From assembly GCA_002292015.1 (NCBI GenBank), contig DBBD01000051.1:1-41891 (forward strand): a stretch of 41,891 bases of DNA. The letters are read 5' to 3'. A program made the position numbers and the translations under genes. Origin of the DNA: Firmicutes bacterium UBA993. GTDB lineage: Bacteria > Bacillota > Dethiobacteria > DTU022. The notes under the pieces were generated by a model. That model was not told where the DNA came from and searched no databases. It saw only the letters and a program-made list of their open reading frames with translations. Positions 18,257 to 29,103 of the stretch are shown one piece after another. Position 1 is the stretch's first letter. Each line of letters begins with the position of its first letter.

Positions 18257-20245
18257 ATGATTGAGATGAATGTTTTACTGTATGTTGCGCCGGCCTGTGC
18301 CCTATTTGCCCTTGTATTTGCCCTTATTCTTTGGCTTAAAGTGGGCAAAGCCGAAGCCGGTAACGTTCGAATGCAGGAAATTGCAGCCGCTATTCGCGAG
18401 GGTGCCATGGCCTTTATGAAGCGTGAATATACCTATTTGGCTGTTTTTGTTGTGGTGCTTACTGCAGTTCTTGGGATCGCCATTGACCTGCTGACCGCTG
18501 TCAGCTTTGTAGTTGGCGCAATTCTTTCCGCTACTACCGGTTATATCGGTATGATTGTGGCAACGAGCGCTAACGTAAGGACGGCTCATGCGGCGCGATC
18601 GGGAATTAACCCGGCTCTAAGCATTGCTTTTTCAAGCGGAACTATCATGGGGATGATGGTTGCCGGACTGGGGCTCTTGGGAATCGGTGTTTTATATCTG
18701 GTAATCCGTGATCCGGCGGTAATCAACGGTTATGCCCTGGGAGCCAGCTCGATTGCCCTTTTTGCCCGTGTAGGCGGCGGCATCTACACCAAGGCTGCCG
18801 ATGTGGGAGCCGACCTGGTCGGTAAAATCGAAGCAGGTATTCCGGAAGATGACCCGCGCAATGCCGGAGTAATCGCCGACAACGTGGGTGATAATGTGGG
18901 CGATGTTGCCGGTATGGGAGCCGATCTGTTTGAATCATACGTCGGCTCGATGATCGCCACCATGACCCTGGGGGTAGTTCTTTACGGAATTGGGGGCACT
19001 TTGCTACCTTTGATTGTGGCCTCGATCGGAATCCTGGCTTCAGTGTTTGCCTATTTCTTTGTCCGGGCGAAGGAAGGGGTGCGTCTCGGAGCCGTGTTGG
19101 AAAGGGGAATTTGGATCAGCGCCCTGGTGGTGCTGGTTGTATCTTTTTTCATTGTCCGTTCATTTGTCGCCCAGGGTGTTTTTCCGAACATGGGTCCTTT
19201 TTACGCCGTAGTTGCAGGTTTGCTGGCCGGGGTGATAATCGGGCGGGTTACAGAGTACTTTACCTCGGATCACTATAAGCCGGTTCAGGAGATAGCCAAA
19301 GCCTCGCAAACCGGTCCCGCTACCAATATTATCAGCGGCTTGGCAATCGGAATGAGGAGCACTCTTTATCCGATCCTGACTATAGTTGCGGCTATACTTG
19401 TTTCCTATTACTTTGCCGGAATTTACGGGATTGCCATTTCTGCTGTCGGGATGCTGGCAACCGTAGGGATGACCGTGGCGGTTGATGCCTATGGGCCGGT
19501 AGCCGATAACGCCGGCGGCATCGCCGAGATGGCCGGGCTGGAACCGGAAGTGCGGAAAATCACCGACCAACTTGACTCGCTGGGCAACACGACCGCGGCG
19601 ATCGGTAAAGGTTTTGCCATTGGATCGGCAGCGTTAACAGCCCTGGCCTTATTTACTGCTTATGCCCAGGTTGCCGGGCTGAGTATTATTAATATCACTG
19701 ATGTCAGGGTTATGTCTGGGCTGATGATCGGCGGGATGCTGACTTACTTCTTTACCTCGCGAACGATGGAAGCAGTAGGCAACGCTGCATTTTCATTGAT
19801 CGAAGAGATCCGCAGGCAGTTCAGGGAAATTGATGGACTGATGGAAGGTACGTCACGGCCCGAGTATGCCCGCTGTGTTGATATAAGCACAAGGGCTGCT
19901 TTGAAAGAGATGGTTGTACCGGGACTGATGGCGGTGGTTGTTCCCTTGGTTGTCGGCCTGGTTCCTTTTCTGGGTAAGGAGGCCCTTGGCGGTCTTCTGG
20001 CCGGAGCGCTGGTTACCGGTGTTCTCCAGGCTATTAACATGGCCAATGCGGGCGGAGCGTGGGATAACGCCAAAAAGTTTATTGAAGCTGGTAATCTTGG
20101 CGGCAAGGGCAGCGATCCGCATAAAGCTGCGGTAGTCGGCGATACGGTCGGTGACCCTTTTAAAGATACGGCAGGCCCGTCGCTTAATATCTTAATTAAG
20201 CTGATGAGCATTGTTGCGCTCGTCTTTGCCCCACTTTTCTTTTAA
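18257..20245 (+). CDS. hppA: Membrane-integral ion-translocating pyrophosphatase, K+-dependent subfamily
   Basis: 662 aa and very hydrophobic. Signature [31 protein letters not shown] has Ala (codon 19595-19597) at the Ala/Lys K+-dependence position. Also [12 protein letters not shown]. Confidence 0.93.
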   Translation: MIEMNVLLYVAPACALFALVFALILWLKVGKAEAGNVRMQEIAAAIREGAMAFMKREYTYLAVFVVVLTAVLGIAIDLLTAVSFVVGAILSATTGYIGMIVATSANVRTAHAARSGINPALSIAFSSGTIMGMMVAGLGLLGIGVLYLVIRDPAVINGYALGASSIALFARVGGGIYTKAADVGADLVGKIEAGIPEDDPRNAGVIADNVGDNVGDVAGMGADLFESYVGSMIATMTLGVVLYGIGGTLLPLIVASIGILASVFAYFFVRAKEGVRLGAVLERGIWISALVVLVVSFFIVRSFVAQGVFPNMGPFYAVVAGLLAGVIIGRVTEYFTSDHYKPVQEIAKASQTGPATNIISGLAIGMRSTLYPILTIVAAILVSYYFAGIYGIAISAVGMLATVGMTVAVDAYGPVADNAGGIAEMAGLEPEVRKITDQLDSLGNTTAAIGKGFAIGSAALTALALFTAYAQVAGLSIINITDVRVMSGLMIGGMLTYFFTSRTMEAVGNAAFSLIEEIRRQFREIDGLMEGTSRPEYARCVDISTRAALKEMVVPGLMAVVVPLVVGLVPFLGKEALGGLLAGALVTGVLQAINMANAGGAWDNAKKFIEAGNLGGKGSDPHKAAVVGDTVGDPFKDTAGPSLNILIKLMSIVALVFAPLFF

Positions 20246-20254
20246 AACGCAAAA

Positions 20255-20285
20255 AGCCCGGCTTTAAGCCGGGCTCACTTTTTTA
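20255..20285 (+). terminator. Rho-independent terminator or attenuator inside the pur cluster
   Basis: AGCCCGGC-TTTAA-GCCGGGCT stem-loop followed by CACTTTTTT, 10 nt after the hppA stop. Confidence 0.8.
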
Positions 20286-20303
20286 ATGAGGAAGGCCGGG
20301 AAT

Positions 20304-21326
20304 ATGGATTATAAAAAAGCCGGTGTCGATATTGAGGCCGGTGACGCCGCGGTTGAGCGAATTAAGAAACTGGCCCGTTCAACTTTTCGTCCTGAGGTTT
20401 TACAGGAAATCGGCGGCTTCGGCGGTCTCTTTGCCCCTGATCTGAAAAGGATCAGTAACCCGGTTCTAGTGGCCGCTTGCGACGGAGTGGGCACCAAACT
20501 GAAGGTGGCTTTTTCCACCAACCGGCATGACACCATCGGTATCGATTGCGTGGCAATGTGTGTCAACGATCTCTTAGTACAGGGGGCGGAGCCTCTCTTT
20601 TTTTTAGATTACCTGGCCGTTGGCAAGCTTGTGCCGGGCCGGATTGAAGAGATCGTCAAGGGTGTGGCTGCGGGTTGCAAGCAAGCCGGTTGTGCCCTTT
20701 TGGGCGGCGAAACAGCTGAAATGCCGGGCTTTTACCCGCCGGGAGAGTATGATCTGGCCGGCTTTGCGGTCGGGATGGCTGATCGTGACAAAATCATTGA
20801 CGGTTCGGCAATCAGGGAAGGGGACAGTATTATCGGGCTTGCTGCTTCAGGGCTGCATTCTAACGGCTTTTCTCTCGTCAGAAAGGTCCTGCTGGAGGAT
20901 GCTGACCTTAAGCTGGCAGATTTTCAGGCCGCTTTAGGAGAATCACTGGCCGATGAGCTGCTTAAACCGACGACGATCTATGTCCGGCCGGTTCTAAACC
21001 TCCTGCAACAGTGCCGGGTTAACGGCATGGCCCACATAACCGGTGGCGGTCTGATCGGAAACCTGCCGCGGATTATGCCGGGTGGTTTATCGGCCGCAAT
21101 CGAGAAAGGCTCCTGGCCTGTACCGCCAATCTTTCAACTGATTGCCGACCAGGGGTCAATCAATGTAAACGAGATGTTCAGGGTTTTTAATATGGGTATC
21201 GGCTATGTGCTCGTGGTCCCGGATGCTGAGGCTTTGACAGTAATTGATCATTTTGCCGGCTACGGGCAGAAAGCTTACCAGATTGGAAAAGTGACCAGCG
21301 GAGACGGCAGGGTTACTTTCAAATAA
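20304..21326 (+). CDS. purM: Phosphoribosylformylglycinamidine cyclo-ligase (AIR synthetase)
   Basis: MDYKKAGVDIEAGD... N-terminus, DGVGTK, and GGETAEMPG. ATG 20304 follows GAGGAAGG. The ATG at 20286 directly abuts the terminator T-tract. Confidence 0.93.
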   Translation: MDYKKAGVDIEAGDAAVERIKKLARSTFRPEVLQEIGGFGGLFAPDLKRISNPVLVAACDGVGTKLKVAFSTNRHDTIGIDCVAMCVNDLLVQGAEPLFFLDYLAVGKLVPGRIEEIVKGVAAGCKQAGCALLGGETAEMPGFYPPGEYDLAGFAVGMADRDKIIDGSAIREGDSIIGLAASGLHSNGFSLVRKVLLEDADLKLADFQAALGESLADELLKPTTIYVRPVLNLLQQCRVNGMAHITGGGLIGNLPRIMPGGLSAAIEKGSWPVPPIFQLIADQGSINVNEMFRVFNMGIGYVLVVPDAEALTVIDHFAGYGQKAYQIGKVTSGDGRVTFK

Positions 21327-21444
21327 ATCTTTTCATACCTCATCGTTAAGCTGCAGTTTATTATGCCTACAGCAGGAGAGGAATATAGGTAAAGAGGGAG
21401 AAGCAATTAGATGCTGTTTACTGTTTGAGAGGAGGAACCAGCAG

Positions 21445-22053
21445 ATGAAGCGTATTGCCGTTCTTGCTTCCGGGCAGGGAACCAACCTTCAGGCGATTAT
21501 CGATGCCTCCGAACGAAACGAGTTAGCCGGCGTAGTTGTAATTGTGATCAGCAATTGCGCTGCTGCCCATGCTTTAAAGCGGGCTGAAACGCACCGGATT
21601 AAAGCGCTCTTTATCGATCCTTCCGCGTACAGCAGTCGGGAGAGTTATGATCGCGCAGTGGTTGAGAAATTAAGAGAAGCCGAAGTAGACCTGGTTGTTT
21701 TGGCCGGCTATATGCGCCTGCTTTCTGCTTTCTTTGTCGAATCGTTCCCCTTAAGAATAATGAACATACACCCTTCTCTGCTACCCGCTTTTCCCGGAAC
21801 CGACGGAATTCAACAGGCCTACGATTATGGGGTAAAGGTAACGGGTTGTACGGTACATTTTGTAGACCGGGGCCTTGACAGCGGCCCGGTTATAGTACAA
21901 GAGGCCGTGCCGGTAATTCAGCAGGAGACAGTGGCAACCCTTGAACAGCGGATTCATGCTGCCGAACACCGTATTTACCCGACGGCGATCGATCTTTTTT
22001 GCCGTGACAAGTTAAGGGTAGAAGGAAGAAGGTGCTATATTGTCGACAAATAA
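21445..22053 (+). CDS. purN: Phosphoribosylglycinamide formyltransferase
   Basis: IAVLASGQGTNLQAIID, NIHPSLLPAF, and HFVDRGLDSGP motifs. Confidence 0.93.
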   Translation: MKRIAVLASGQGTNLQAIIDASERNELAGVVVIVISNCAAAHALKRAETHRIKALFIDPSAYSSRESYDRAVVEKLREAEVDLVVLAGYMRLLSAFFVESFPLRIMNIHPSLLPAFPGTDGIQQAYDYGVKVTGCTVHFVDRGLDSGPVIVQEAVPVIQQETVATLEQRIHAAEHRIYPTAIDLFCRDKLRVEGRRCYIVDK

Positions 22054-23590
22054 AAAAAGGGCACTGATCAGCGTTTCAGATAAACGGGGTTTAATCGAAC
22101 TGGCCAGGGAGCTTTCGGGGCTTGGTTATGAGCTGCTAACAACCGGAGGCACTGCAAAGGTTTTAAAAGAGGCGGGCCTAGACGCGAGAAAAGTTTCAGA
22201 AGTAACCGGTTTTCCGGAAATTTTGCAGGGCCGGGTTAAAACCCTGCACCCGAAGATCCACGGGGCAATTTTGGCCCAGACCGCTATCCGGGAACAACAA
22301 AGCGATTTGGAACAATATGGCATTGAGCCGATTGAAATAGTAGTGGCAAATCTCTATCCTTTCGAAGAAACGATTAGCCGGGAAGGGTTTACGCACGAAG
22401 AGGCTGTCGAAAACATTGATATAGGCGGTCCGGCAATGATTCGGGCTGCGGCAAAAAATCACCACTATGTGGCCGTGGTGGTCAATCCTGACCGCTACGG
22501 AGATCTGGTCAGCGAATTAAAGGATAAGGGCGGGATCAGTGCGGAAACAAAAACCAGTCTTGCTGCTGAAGCATTCGCTCACACAGCCGGTTACGATGCG
22601 GCGATTGCCGCTTATTTTAACCGGCTGCCGGCAGCACCTTCCGCTTTATTTCCCCGTCAGCTCAGCATCGGTTTACACAAGGTTCAGGATTTGCGTTATG
22701 GCGAGAACCCACAGCAGCAGGCTGCCCTTTACTCTCGCCCCGGATCAAGGTGTGGCTTGGCATCAGCAGTACAGCTAAAAGGGAAAGAGCTTTCCTTTAA
22801 CAATATTAACGACCTGGGAGCCGCCTGGGATTTAGCTGTGGAATTCGAAAAGCCGACTGTTGTAGCTGTAAAACATGCCAATCCCTGTGGGGTGGGTTCA
22901 GCGGACCTGGTCGGCGAAGCATATCGCCTTGCTCATGATGCTGATCCGGTTTCGATCTTTGGCGGAGTATTGGCGGTTAACACGATTGTTGATGGGGCCG
23001 CGGCGAAAATGATGATTAAAACATTCCTTGAGGTTATTGCCGCCCCGCAGTTTACCGATGAGGCGCTGTCTGTTCTGAGCCGGAAAGAAGATCTGCGGGT
23101 CCTGCAAATTCCGCCACCACTGGAAGAACCGGCCTCGCTCGATTTTAAAGTTGCTGCCGGGGCAGTCCTGATCCAAACTTTGGATCGGGAGCCGGTCCGG
23201 GTAAGGGCAGGTACCGTTGTGAGCAGGCGAAAGCCGTCGGATCAGGAGTGGTTAAGCCTTGAATTTGCTCAAAGGGTAGTTAAACATGTGCGATCCAACG
23301 CTATTGTTATCGCCGGCGGTGAACAAACAATAGGGATCGGCGCCGGCCAGATGAGCCGGATTGGAGCGGCTAAAATAGCGATCGAACAGGGTGGGAAAAG
23401 AGTAAAAGGAGCTGTCCTGGGTTCGGATGCCTTTTTTCCCTTTCCCGATGTGGTTGAAGAAGCGGCAAAAGTCGGTTTAACCGCTATTGTTCAGCCGGGA
23501 GGTTCGCTGAAAGATAAGGAGTCAATCGCGATCTGTGATCGTTACGGGTTGGCAATGGTTTTCACGGGTAAACGCTACTTTAAACACTAA
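22040..23590 (+). CDS. purH: Bifunctional AICAR transformylase / IMP cyclohydrolase
   Basis: KRALISVSDK, TGGTAK and GRVKTLHPKIHG, with a long transformylase domain. TTG start overlaps the purN end by 14 nt. Confidence 0.93.
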   Translation: MSTNKKRALISVSDKRGLIELARELSGLGYELLTTGGTAKVLKEAGLDARKVSEVTGFPEILQGRVKTLHPKIHGAILAQTAIREQQSDLEQYGIEPIEIVVANLYPFEETISREGFTHEEAVENIDIGGPAMIRAAAKNHHYVAVVVNPDRYGDLVSELKDKGGISAETKTSLAAEAFAHTAGYDAAIAAYFNRLPAAPSALFPRQLSIGLHKVQDLRYGENPQQQAALYSRPGSRCGLASAVQLKGKELSFNNINDLGAAWDLAVEFEKPTVVAVKHANPCGVGSADLVGEAYRLAHDADPVSIFGGVLAVNTIVDGAAAKMMIKTFLEVIAAPQFTDEALSVLSRKEDLRVLQIPPPLEEPASLDFKVAAGAVLIQTLDREPVRVRAGTVVSRRKPSDQEWLSLEFAQRVVKHVRSNAIVIAGGEQTIGIGAGQMSRIGAAKIAIEQGGKRVKGAVLGSDAFFPFPDVVEEAAKVGLTAIVQPGGSLKDKESIAICDRYGLAMVFTGKRYFKH

Positions 23591-23654
23591 GCGGCAGCCG
23601 GGCGGGGGAACAGCGTTCGTCTTTACGATCAACATCCGGGAAGGATGATTACAA

Positions 23655-24929
23655 ATGAGGGTCTTAATCGTTGGCAGTGGGGGGCGGGAGCATGCCCTGG
23701 CCTGGAAACTGGCCGGAAGCCCGCAGCTCGAAAAACTTTTTTGCGCTCCCGGCAATCCCGGTATTGCCAGGGTAGCCGAAAATATCGCCATTGAAGCAGA
23801 AGATCTAAAGTGCCTGACCGACTGGGCTGTCCGGGAAAAAATTGATCTGGTTGTGGTTGGCCCGGAGATGCCACTGGTCCTCGGCCTGGCCGATAGCTTA
23901 AGAGCAAAAGGGATAAAGGTATTTGGCCCGGGCAAGGATGGCGCGCTGCTGGAAGGCAGTAAAGTTTGGGCAAAACGAAATATGAAAAAATGGGGTATAC
24001 CGACTGCTGAATTTGCAGTGTTTGACAATTTTTCTGAAGCCCGCCATCATCTTTCCCGCTTTTATGGGGGCCCGGTGGTGATCAAGGCCGACGGTTTGGC
24101 TGCCGGAAAGGGCGTAATTGTAGCTTCCGGTCCGGCAGAGGCCGAACAGGCACTCTATGATATCCTGATCGGAAGGGCTTTTGGCCCTGCCGGTGACCGG
24201 GTAATTATTGAGCAGTGTCTAAGCGGCGAGGAGGTATCAGTGCTGGCCCTGTGTGACGGAAAAGAGCTGGTTATGCTGCCTTCGGCGCAGGATCACAAGG
24301 CAATCGGCGAGAATGACCGGGGACCAAATACCGGCGGCATGGGAGCATATTCACCGGCCCCTATTTATAGCGAAGCATTGGCCCTTAAAACCAGGCAGGA
24401 TGTTTTTTTACCGCTTCTCAATGGTTTAAGGGAGGCGAAAATAGATTTTCGCGGGGTGATTTATGCCGGTTTAATGGTCTCGGCGGAACAGCTCAACGTG
24501 CTCGAGTTCAATGTGCGTTTCGGCGATCCGGAAACACAGGCTATTTTACCGCGCCTTAAGTCCGACCTGTTGCCGCTGCTGGTAGCTGCGGCCGCCGGAG
24601 ATTTCAATCAATCGGCAGTCGAGTGGCTTGCCGATCCGGCAGTATGCGTGGTTATGGCCTCAATGGGCTATCCCGGACCTTATGAGAAAGGGTTTGCCAT
24701 TAGCGGCATTGCTGAAGCAGAAGCAGCCGGCGGTGGTAGTGTGGCAGTTTTTCAGGCTGGAACCGCTCTTACTAATAACCAGGTGGTTACTGCCGGGGGA
24801 CGGGTTCTTGGGGTAACAGCCTGGGATAAAGAGCTACCAGGTGCGGTTGCCAAAGCTTACCAGGCGGTCGAAGCGATCAAATATGAAGGCGCATATTACC
24901 GTCGTGACATCGCCTACCGGGCGTTGTAG
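23655..24929 (+). CDS. purD: Phosphoribosylamine-glycine ligase
   Basis: MRVLIVGSGGREHALAWKL..., an ATP-grasp core, and EFNVRFGDPE. Confidence 0.95.
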   Translation: MRVLIVGSGGREHALAWKLAGSPQLEKLFCAPGNPGIARVAENIAIEAEDLKCLTDWAVREKIDLVVVGPEMPLVLGLADSLRAKGIKVFGPGKDGALLEGSKVWAKRNMKKWGIPTAEFAVFDNFSEARHHLSRFYGGPVVIKADGLAAGKGVIVASGPAEAEQALYDILIGRAFGPAGDRVIIEQCLSGEEVSVLALCDGKELVMLPSAQDHKAIGENDRGPNTGGMGAYSPAPIYSEALALKTRQDVFLPLLNGLREAKIDFRGVIYAGLMVSAEQLNVLEFNVRFGDPETQAILPRLKSDLLPLLVAAAAGDFNQSAVEWLADPAVCVVMASMGYPGPYEKGFAISGIAEAEAAGGGSVAVFQAGTALTNNQVVTAGGRVLGVTAWDKELPGAVAKAYQAVEAIKYEGAYYRRDIAYRAL

Positions 24930-24974
24930 CGACCGATGGAATCAACTGATGCGGGTTGGCGAGGTGATCAGGAA

Positions 24975-26153
24975 ATGGACAATGCCGTGGTAGTTGGCTA
25001 TGCCCGTACGCCCTTCGGGCGGTTTATGGGGCCGCTAAGCGCGATTCCGGCGGTTGATCTGGGGGCAATGGCGATTCGCGAAGCGCTCCGGCGTTCTGCG
25101 CTTAGAGCGGAGTTGGTTGACAACGTGTTGATGGGGATGGTGATCCAAGCCGGGGCTGGACAGATTCCCTCCCGCCAGGCCACAATCAAAGCCGGACTAC
25201 CGGCTTCAGTCCCCTCAGAAACGGTTAACAAAGTTTGTGCGTCCGGTTTGAGGGCGATAAATTTAGGTGAACTGCTGATTCGGTGCGGCGAAGCCAAGGT
25301 AATTGTCGCCGGCGGTATGGAGAATATGAGTGCTGTTCCTTATTATTTACCGAAAGCGAGAGCGGGCCTGCGCACGGGCGACGCCCCCCTTATTGATGGA
25401 ATGGTTCACGATGGTCTGTGGTGTCCCTTTCACCAGGTGCATATGGGGGTACATGGCAGTGCAGTACCGGCGGAAGAGGGGATAACGCGGGAACAGATGG
25501 ACCGCTTCGCCCTGCGCAGCCATCAACTGGCAGTAAAAGCAGCTGAAAGTGGCTTGCTGAATGATGAACTTTTTGCCGTAACCGCTCCGCAGCGCAAGGG
25601 AGATTCTTATGTCATCGATCGCGACGAACTACCTCGGGCTGATACTACTTATGAAAAGTTAGCAAAATTGCCGCCTGCTTTTGAAAAAGAAGGGTTGATT
25701 ACAGCCGGTAACGCACCGGCAATCAGCGACGGAGCCGCAGCGGTCGTTTTAACTTCGAAAAAAAACGCCGCCGAATTGCAGTTGCAGCCCCTGGCTGAAA
25801 TAGTGGCACACGGTGCAGTTTCGCTTGAACCTCGCTATATCGCCACGGTACCGCTTGCAGCGGCAGAGCTGGCCCTCAACAAGGCGGGACTTAAAAGTGA
25901 CGATCTTAAATTAATCGAAATCAACGAAGCTTTTGCCGCCGTAGCCCTGACCTGTATCAAGCTGGGAGGCTGGAATAAAGAGATTGTTAATGTTAACGGC
26001 GGCGCTGTTGCGCTCGGGCATCCGATCGGAGCCAGCGGCGCCCGGATCCTGATCACCCTGATAGCCGAGTTGCGCCGGCGCGGCGGCGGCTACGGATTGG
26101 CAACAATTTGCAGCGGCGCAGCCCAGGGCGAAGCGGTGATCATCAAAGCTTAG
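24975..26153 (+). CDS. Acetyl-CoA C-acetyltransferase (thiolase)
   Basis: ATG 24975 follows GAGGTGA. Active-site Cys context VNKVCASGLRAI, plus NEAFAAV, GGAVALGHPIGASGARI and C-terminal CSGAAQG. Confidence 0.9.
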   Translation: MDNAVVVGYARTPFGRFMGPLSAIPAVDLGAMAIREALRRSALRAELVDNVLMGMVIQAGAGQIPSRQATIKAGLPASVPSETVNKVCASGLRAINLGELLIRCGEAKVIVAGGMENMSAVPYYLPKARAGLRTGDAPLIDGMVHDGLWCPFHQVHMGVHGSAVPAEEGITREQMDRFALRSHQLAVKAAESGLLNDELFAVTAPQRKGDSYVIDRDELPRADTTYEKLAKLPPAFEKEGLITAGNAPAISDGAAAVVLTSKKNAAELQLQPLAEIVAHGAVSLEPRYIATVPLAAAELALNKAGLKSDDLKLIEINEAFAAVALTCIKLGGWNKEIVNVNGGAVALGHPIGASGARILITLIAELRRRGGGYGLATICSGAAQGEAVIIKA

Positions 26154-26174
26154 TTGCTCAGAGGAGTATGGCCC

Positions 26175-27302
26175 TTGGAGTTAGTGTTATCAGAATATCA
26201 TCAAAAACGATGGGAAGAATTTAAACTTTTTGCCGATTCGGAGCTTGACCGGGGCGGGCAGTTCCCGCATGAGAACCTAAAAAAAGCCGGGGAGCGCGGT
26301 TATATGGGGCTGCCGATACCGCAAGCGTGGGGCGGAAAGGGTGAAGATTTTCTCACTTACATCCTGATGCTTGAAGAAGTATCCCGGGTTTGTGCCTCCA
26401 CGGGCGTTATTCTGTCCGTGCACACCTCGGTCGCTACTTTTCCCCTGCTCTATTTTGGATCGGATGAACAAAAGAATAGGTTTCTGCCTGATCTGGCAAG
26501 CGGTAAGCTGCTTGGCGCTTTTGCCCTCACTGAGGCCGGGGCCGGCTCTGACGCTGCGGCGCTTGCCGCGACTGCCACAATAGTTGCCGGAGGCTACTTG
26601 CTGAATGGAAGCAAGATGTTTATAACCGGGGGAGGAGAAGCCGATCTCTTCACCGTTTTTGCCACGCTGGACCGCTCGCTGGGCAGTAAAGGAATTACTG
26701 CTTTTTTAGTTGAAAAAGGTTGTCCCGGACTGGTTGCCGGTCCGCCGGAAAGGAAAATGGGGCTTAACCGATCACATACGGCCGAGATCAGGATGGAGGA
26801 TCTTTTTATCCCGGCGTCGAACAGGTTGGGAGATGAGAAGGCTGGTTTTAACATTGCCATGGCTCTACTTGACGGGGGCAGGATCGGTATTGCGGCCCAA
26901 GGGCTCGGTTTGGCCAGGGCTGCGCTGGAATTTACGATTAAGCATTTAAAGAAGCAGGAGAGAGCAGGCATAAAAACCGGGCAGTGGTCAGCATTTGTTG
27001 TCGCCGACCTGGCGGCAAAGGCTGAAGCTGCCCGCCTACTGATCTACAAAGCGGCTAAGGCTAAGGACAGCAGAAGCAGTTGCACCAGGGAAGCCTCTAT
27101 GGCCAAAGTATTTGCTACCGACCTGGCGATGGATGCGGCCACAAAATGCCTCGACCTCTGCCACAGCGCTGGCTGTGGAGAAAATAATCCGTTGAATCGC
27201 TATTTCTGCGATGCCAAAGCGCCGCAGATTTACGAAGGATCGAACCAGATCCAGCGGATTGTTGTAGCCAGGGAGCTGTTAAGACAATTTAATTTAAGCT
27301 AA
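26175..27302 (+). CDS. Acyl-CoA dehydrogenase paralog
   Basis: ACAD fold motifs (GAFALTEAGAGSDAA, FITGG, catalytic-region QIYEGSNQIQR). Start is uncertain: TTG 26175 is 8 nt after GAGGAG, while the ORF opens at TTG 26154, directly after the thiolase stop. Confidence 0.85.
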   Translation: MELVLSEYHQKRWEEFKLFADSELDRGGQFPHENLKKAGERGYMGLPIPQAWGGKGEDFLTYILMLEEVSRVCASTGVILSVHTSVATFPLLYFGSDEQKNRFLPDLASGKLLGAFALTEAGAGSDAAALAATATIVAGGYLLNGSKMFITGGGEADLFTVFATLDRSLGSKGITAFLVEKGCPGLVAGPPERKMGLNRSHTAEIRMEDLFIPASNRLGDEKAGFNIAMALLDGGRIGIAAQGLGLARAALEFTIKHLKKQERAGIKTGQWSAFVVADLAAKAEAARLLIYKAAKAKDSRSSCTREASMAKVFATDLAMDAATKCLDLCHSAGCGENNPLNRYFCDAKAPQIYEGSNQIQRIVVARELLRQFNLS

Positions 27303-27326
27303 ACAGACGCACAAGGAGGTTATTTG

Positions 27327-28466
27327 ATGAATTTTGTATTGACGGAAGAGCAGGAAATGACCCGCAAGATGGTGAGAGATTTTGCTGAAAAAGAGCTGAA
27401 GCCTGGTGCTGAAGAGCGGGATGATAAGGAACAGTTTTCCCGGGAGATTTTTGACAAGATGGGCCGGCTCGGACTGACCGGTATCCCCTGGCCGGAAGAA
27501 TATGGCGGCGGGGGCTGCGATTTTATCAGCTATGTAATTGCGGTGGAGGAGCTTTCCCGGGTTGACGCATCAAGCGGAACAACCTTATCGGCGCATACTT
27601 CGCTGGCCGGATGGCCTGTATTTAATTATGGAAACGAAGCGCAGAAGAAAAAATATCTGGAGCCGATGGCCCTGGGGGAGAAACTCGGTGCCTACGCCCT
27701 GACCGAGGCGACAGCGGGGACCGATGCCGCCAATCAGAAGACCACCGCAAAACTTGATGGCGATTGTTACCTGCTCAACGGAAATAAGCTTTTTGTCACC
27801 AACGGCTCAGAAGCAGAAATATATATCGTATTTGCTGTTACCGACAAGGAGAAAAAAGCAAAAGGAATCAGCGCGTTTATTGTTGAAAAAGGGGCGCCCG
27901 GCTTTTCATTCGGCAAAAAAGAGCGTAAGATGGGGTTGCGCTCCTCGCCGACACTGGAGCTGATTTTTGAAAATTGCGCGGTTCCGAAAGAAAACCTGCT
28001 TGGCGCCGAAGGGGAAGGTTTTAAAATTGCCATGAGCACTTTAGATGGCGGACGCAACGGCATCGCTGCCCAGGCAGTCGGTATCGCCCAGGGGGCAATG
28101 GAAGAGGCAATTAATTATGCCAAGAGCAGAGAGCAATTCGGTCAGCCAATTGCTAATTTCCAGGCTATTTCTTTCATGTTGGCCGACATGGGAACAAAAA
28201 TTGAAGCAGCCCGCCTCCTAACTTACCAGGCCGCATATTTAGAAAGCGCCGGCCTGCCCTACAGTAAAGCATCGGCAATAGCCAAGCTTTTCGCTGCCGA
28301 GACGGCTATGGAAGTAACGACTAACGCGGTTCAGGTTTTTGGCGGTTACGGCTACACCCGCGACTACCCGGTCGAGCGTTTTATGCGGGATGCCAAGATT
28401 ACTCAGCTATACGAGGGCACCAGCGAGGTCCAGCGCCTGGTAATTTCGCGCCACTTGCTGTCATGA
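27327..28466 (+). CDS. Acyl-CoA dehydrogenase (butyryl-CoA dehydrogenase-like)
   Basis: [11 protein letters not shown]..., [20 protein letters not shown] and [14 protein letters not shown] 27327 is 7 nt after AAGGAGG. Confidence 0.9.
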   Translation: MNFVLTEEQEMTRKMVRDFAEKELKPGAEERDDKEQFSREIFDKMGRLGLTGIPWPEEYGGGGCDFISYVIAVEELSRVDASSGTTLSAHTSLAGWPVFNYGNEAQKKKYLEPMALGEKLGAYALTEATAGTDAANQKTTAKLDGDCYLLNGNKLFVTNGSEAEIYIVFAVTDKEKKAKGISAFIVEKGAPGFSFGKKERKMGLRSSPTLELIFENCAVPKENLLGAEGEGFKIAMSTLDGGRNGIAAQAVGIAQGAMEEAINYAKSREQFGQPIANFQAISFMLADMGTKIEAARLLTYQAAYLESAGLPYSKASAIAKLFAAETAMEVTTNAVQVFGGYGYTRDYPVERFMRDAKITQLYEGTSEVQRLVISRHLLS

Positions 28467-28535
28467 AAAAAGTTTTCGCCGGCAATAAACGTTAAAAATA
28501 AGTGAACATAGCATACTCTTGAAAGGGTGTTTTAG

Positions 28536-29063
28536 ATGGCTTTGAAGAAGCCGGGTTTGATCATGGTGTTTACCGGGGACGGCAAAGGAAAAACCACTGC
28601 CGCAACCGGTCAGGCATTAAGAGCGTTGGGACACGGTTACAGTGTTTATATGATCCATTTTATGAAGGGCCGCGAATACGGCGAGTTTATCGCTATGGCA
28701 AATATGCCCAATCTGACCCTGGTGCGGGCCGGTCGCGATAATTTTGTAAATCGTGATCACCCGGAGCAGATCGACATCGAATTAGCTCTTGAAGGTTTTG
28801 CCAAAGCCAGAGCTGCGGTTTTAAGCGGAAAATACGATTTGGTCGTACTTGATGAAATTAACGTTGCCGTGGACTACGGCTTGATCGCCGAGGCCGATTT
28901 ATTGCAGCTTCTTCAGCAAAAGCCGCCGGAGGTTACGATAATTTTAACCGGCCGCGGAGCCTCGACCGAGCTGGTCAAACGGGCCGATATGGTCAGCGAA
29001 ATTCTGGCCGTTAAACATCACTATAGCCAAGGAGTAGAGTGCTGCCCGGGCATCGAGTATTAA
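28536..29063 (+). CDS. cobO: ATP:cob(I)alamin adenosyltransferase, CobA/CobO/BtuR type
   Basis: 175 aa with P-loop-like FTGDGKGKTTAA, HFMKG, and LVVLDEINVAVDYGL. Confidence 0.85.
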   Translation: MALKKPGLIMVFTGDGKGKTTAATGQALRALGHGYSVYMIHFMKGREYGEFIAMANMPNLTLVRAGRDNFVNRDHPEQIDIELALEGFAKARAAVLSGKYDLVVLDEINVAVDYGLIAEADLLQLLQQKPPEVTIILTGRGASTELVKRADMVSEILAVKHHYSQGVECCPGIEY

Positions 29064-29103
29064 AATATCCCGCCAGTAAAGCTGAAGGTTACGGGGTGAG
29101 TGC

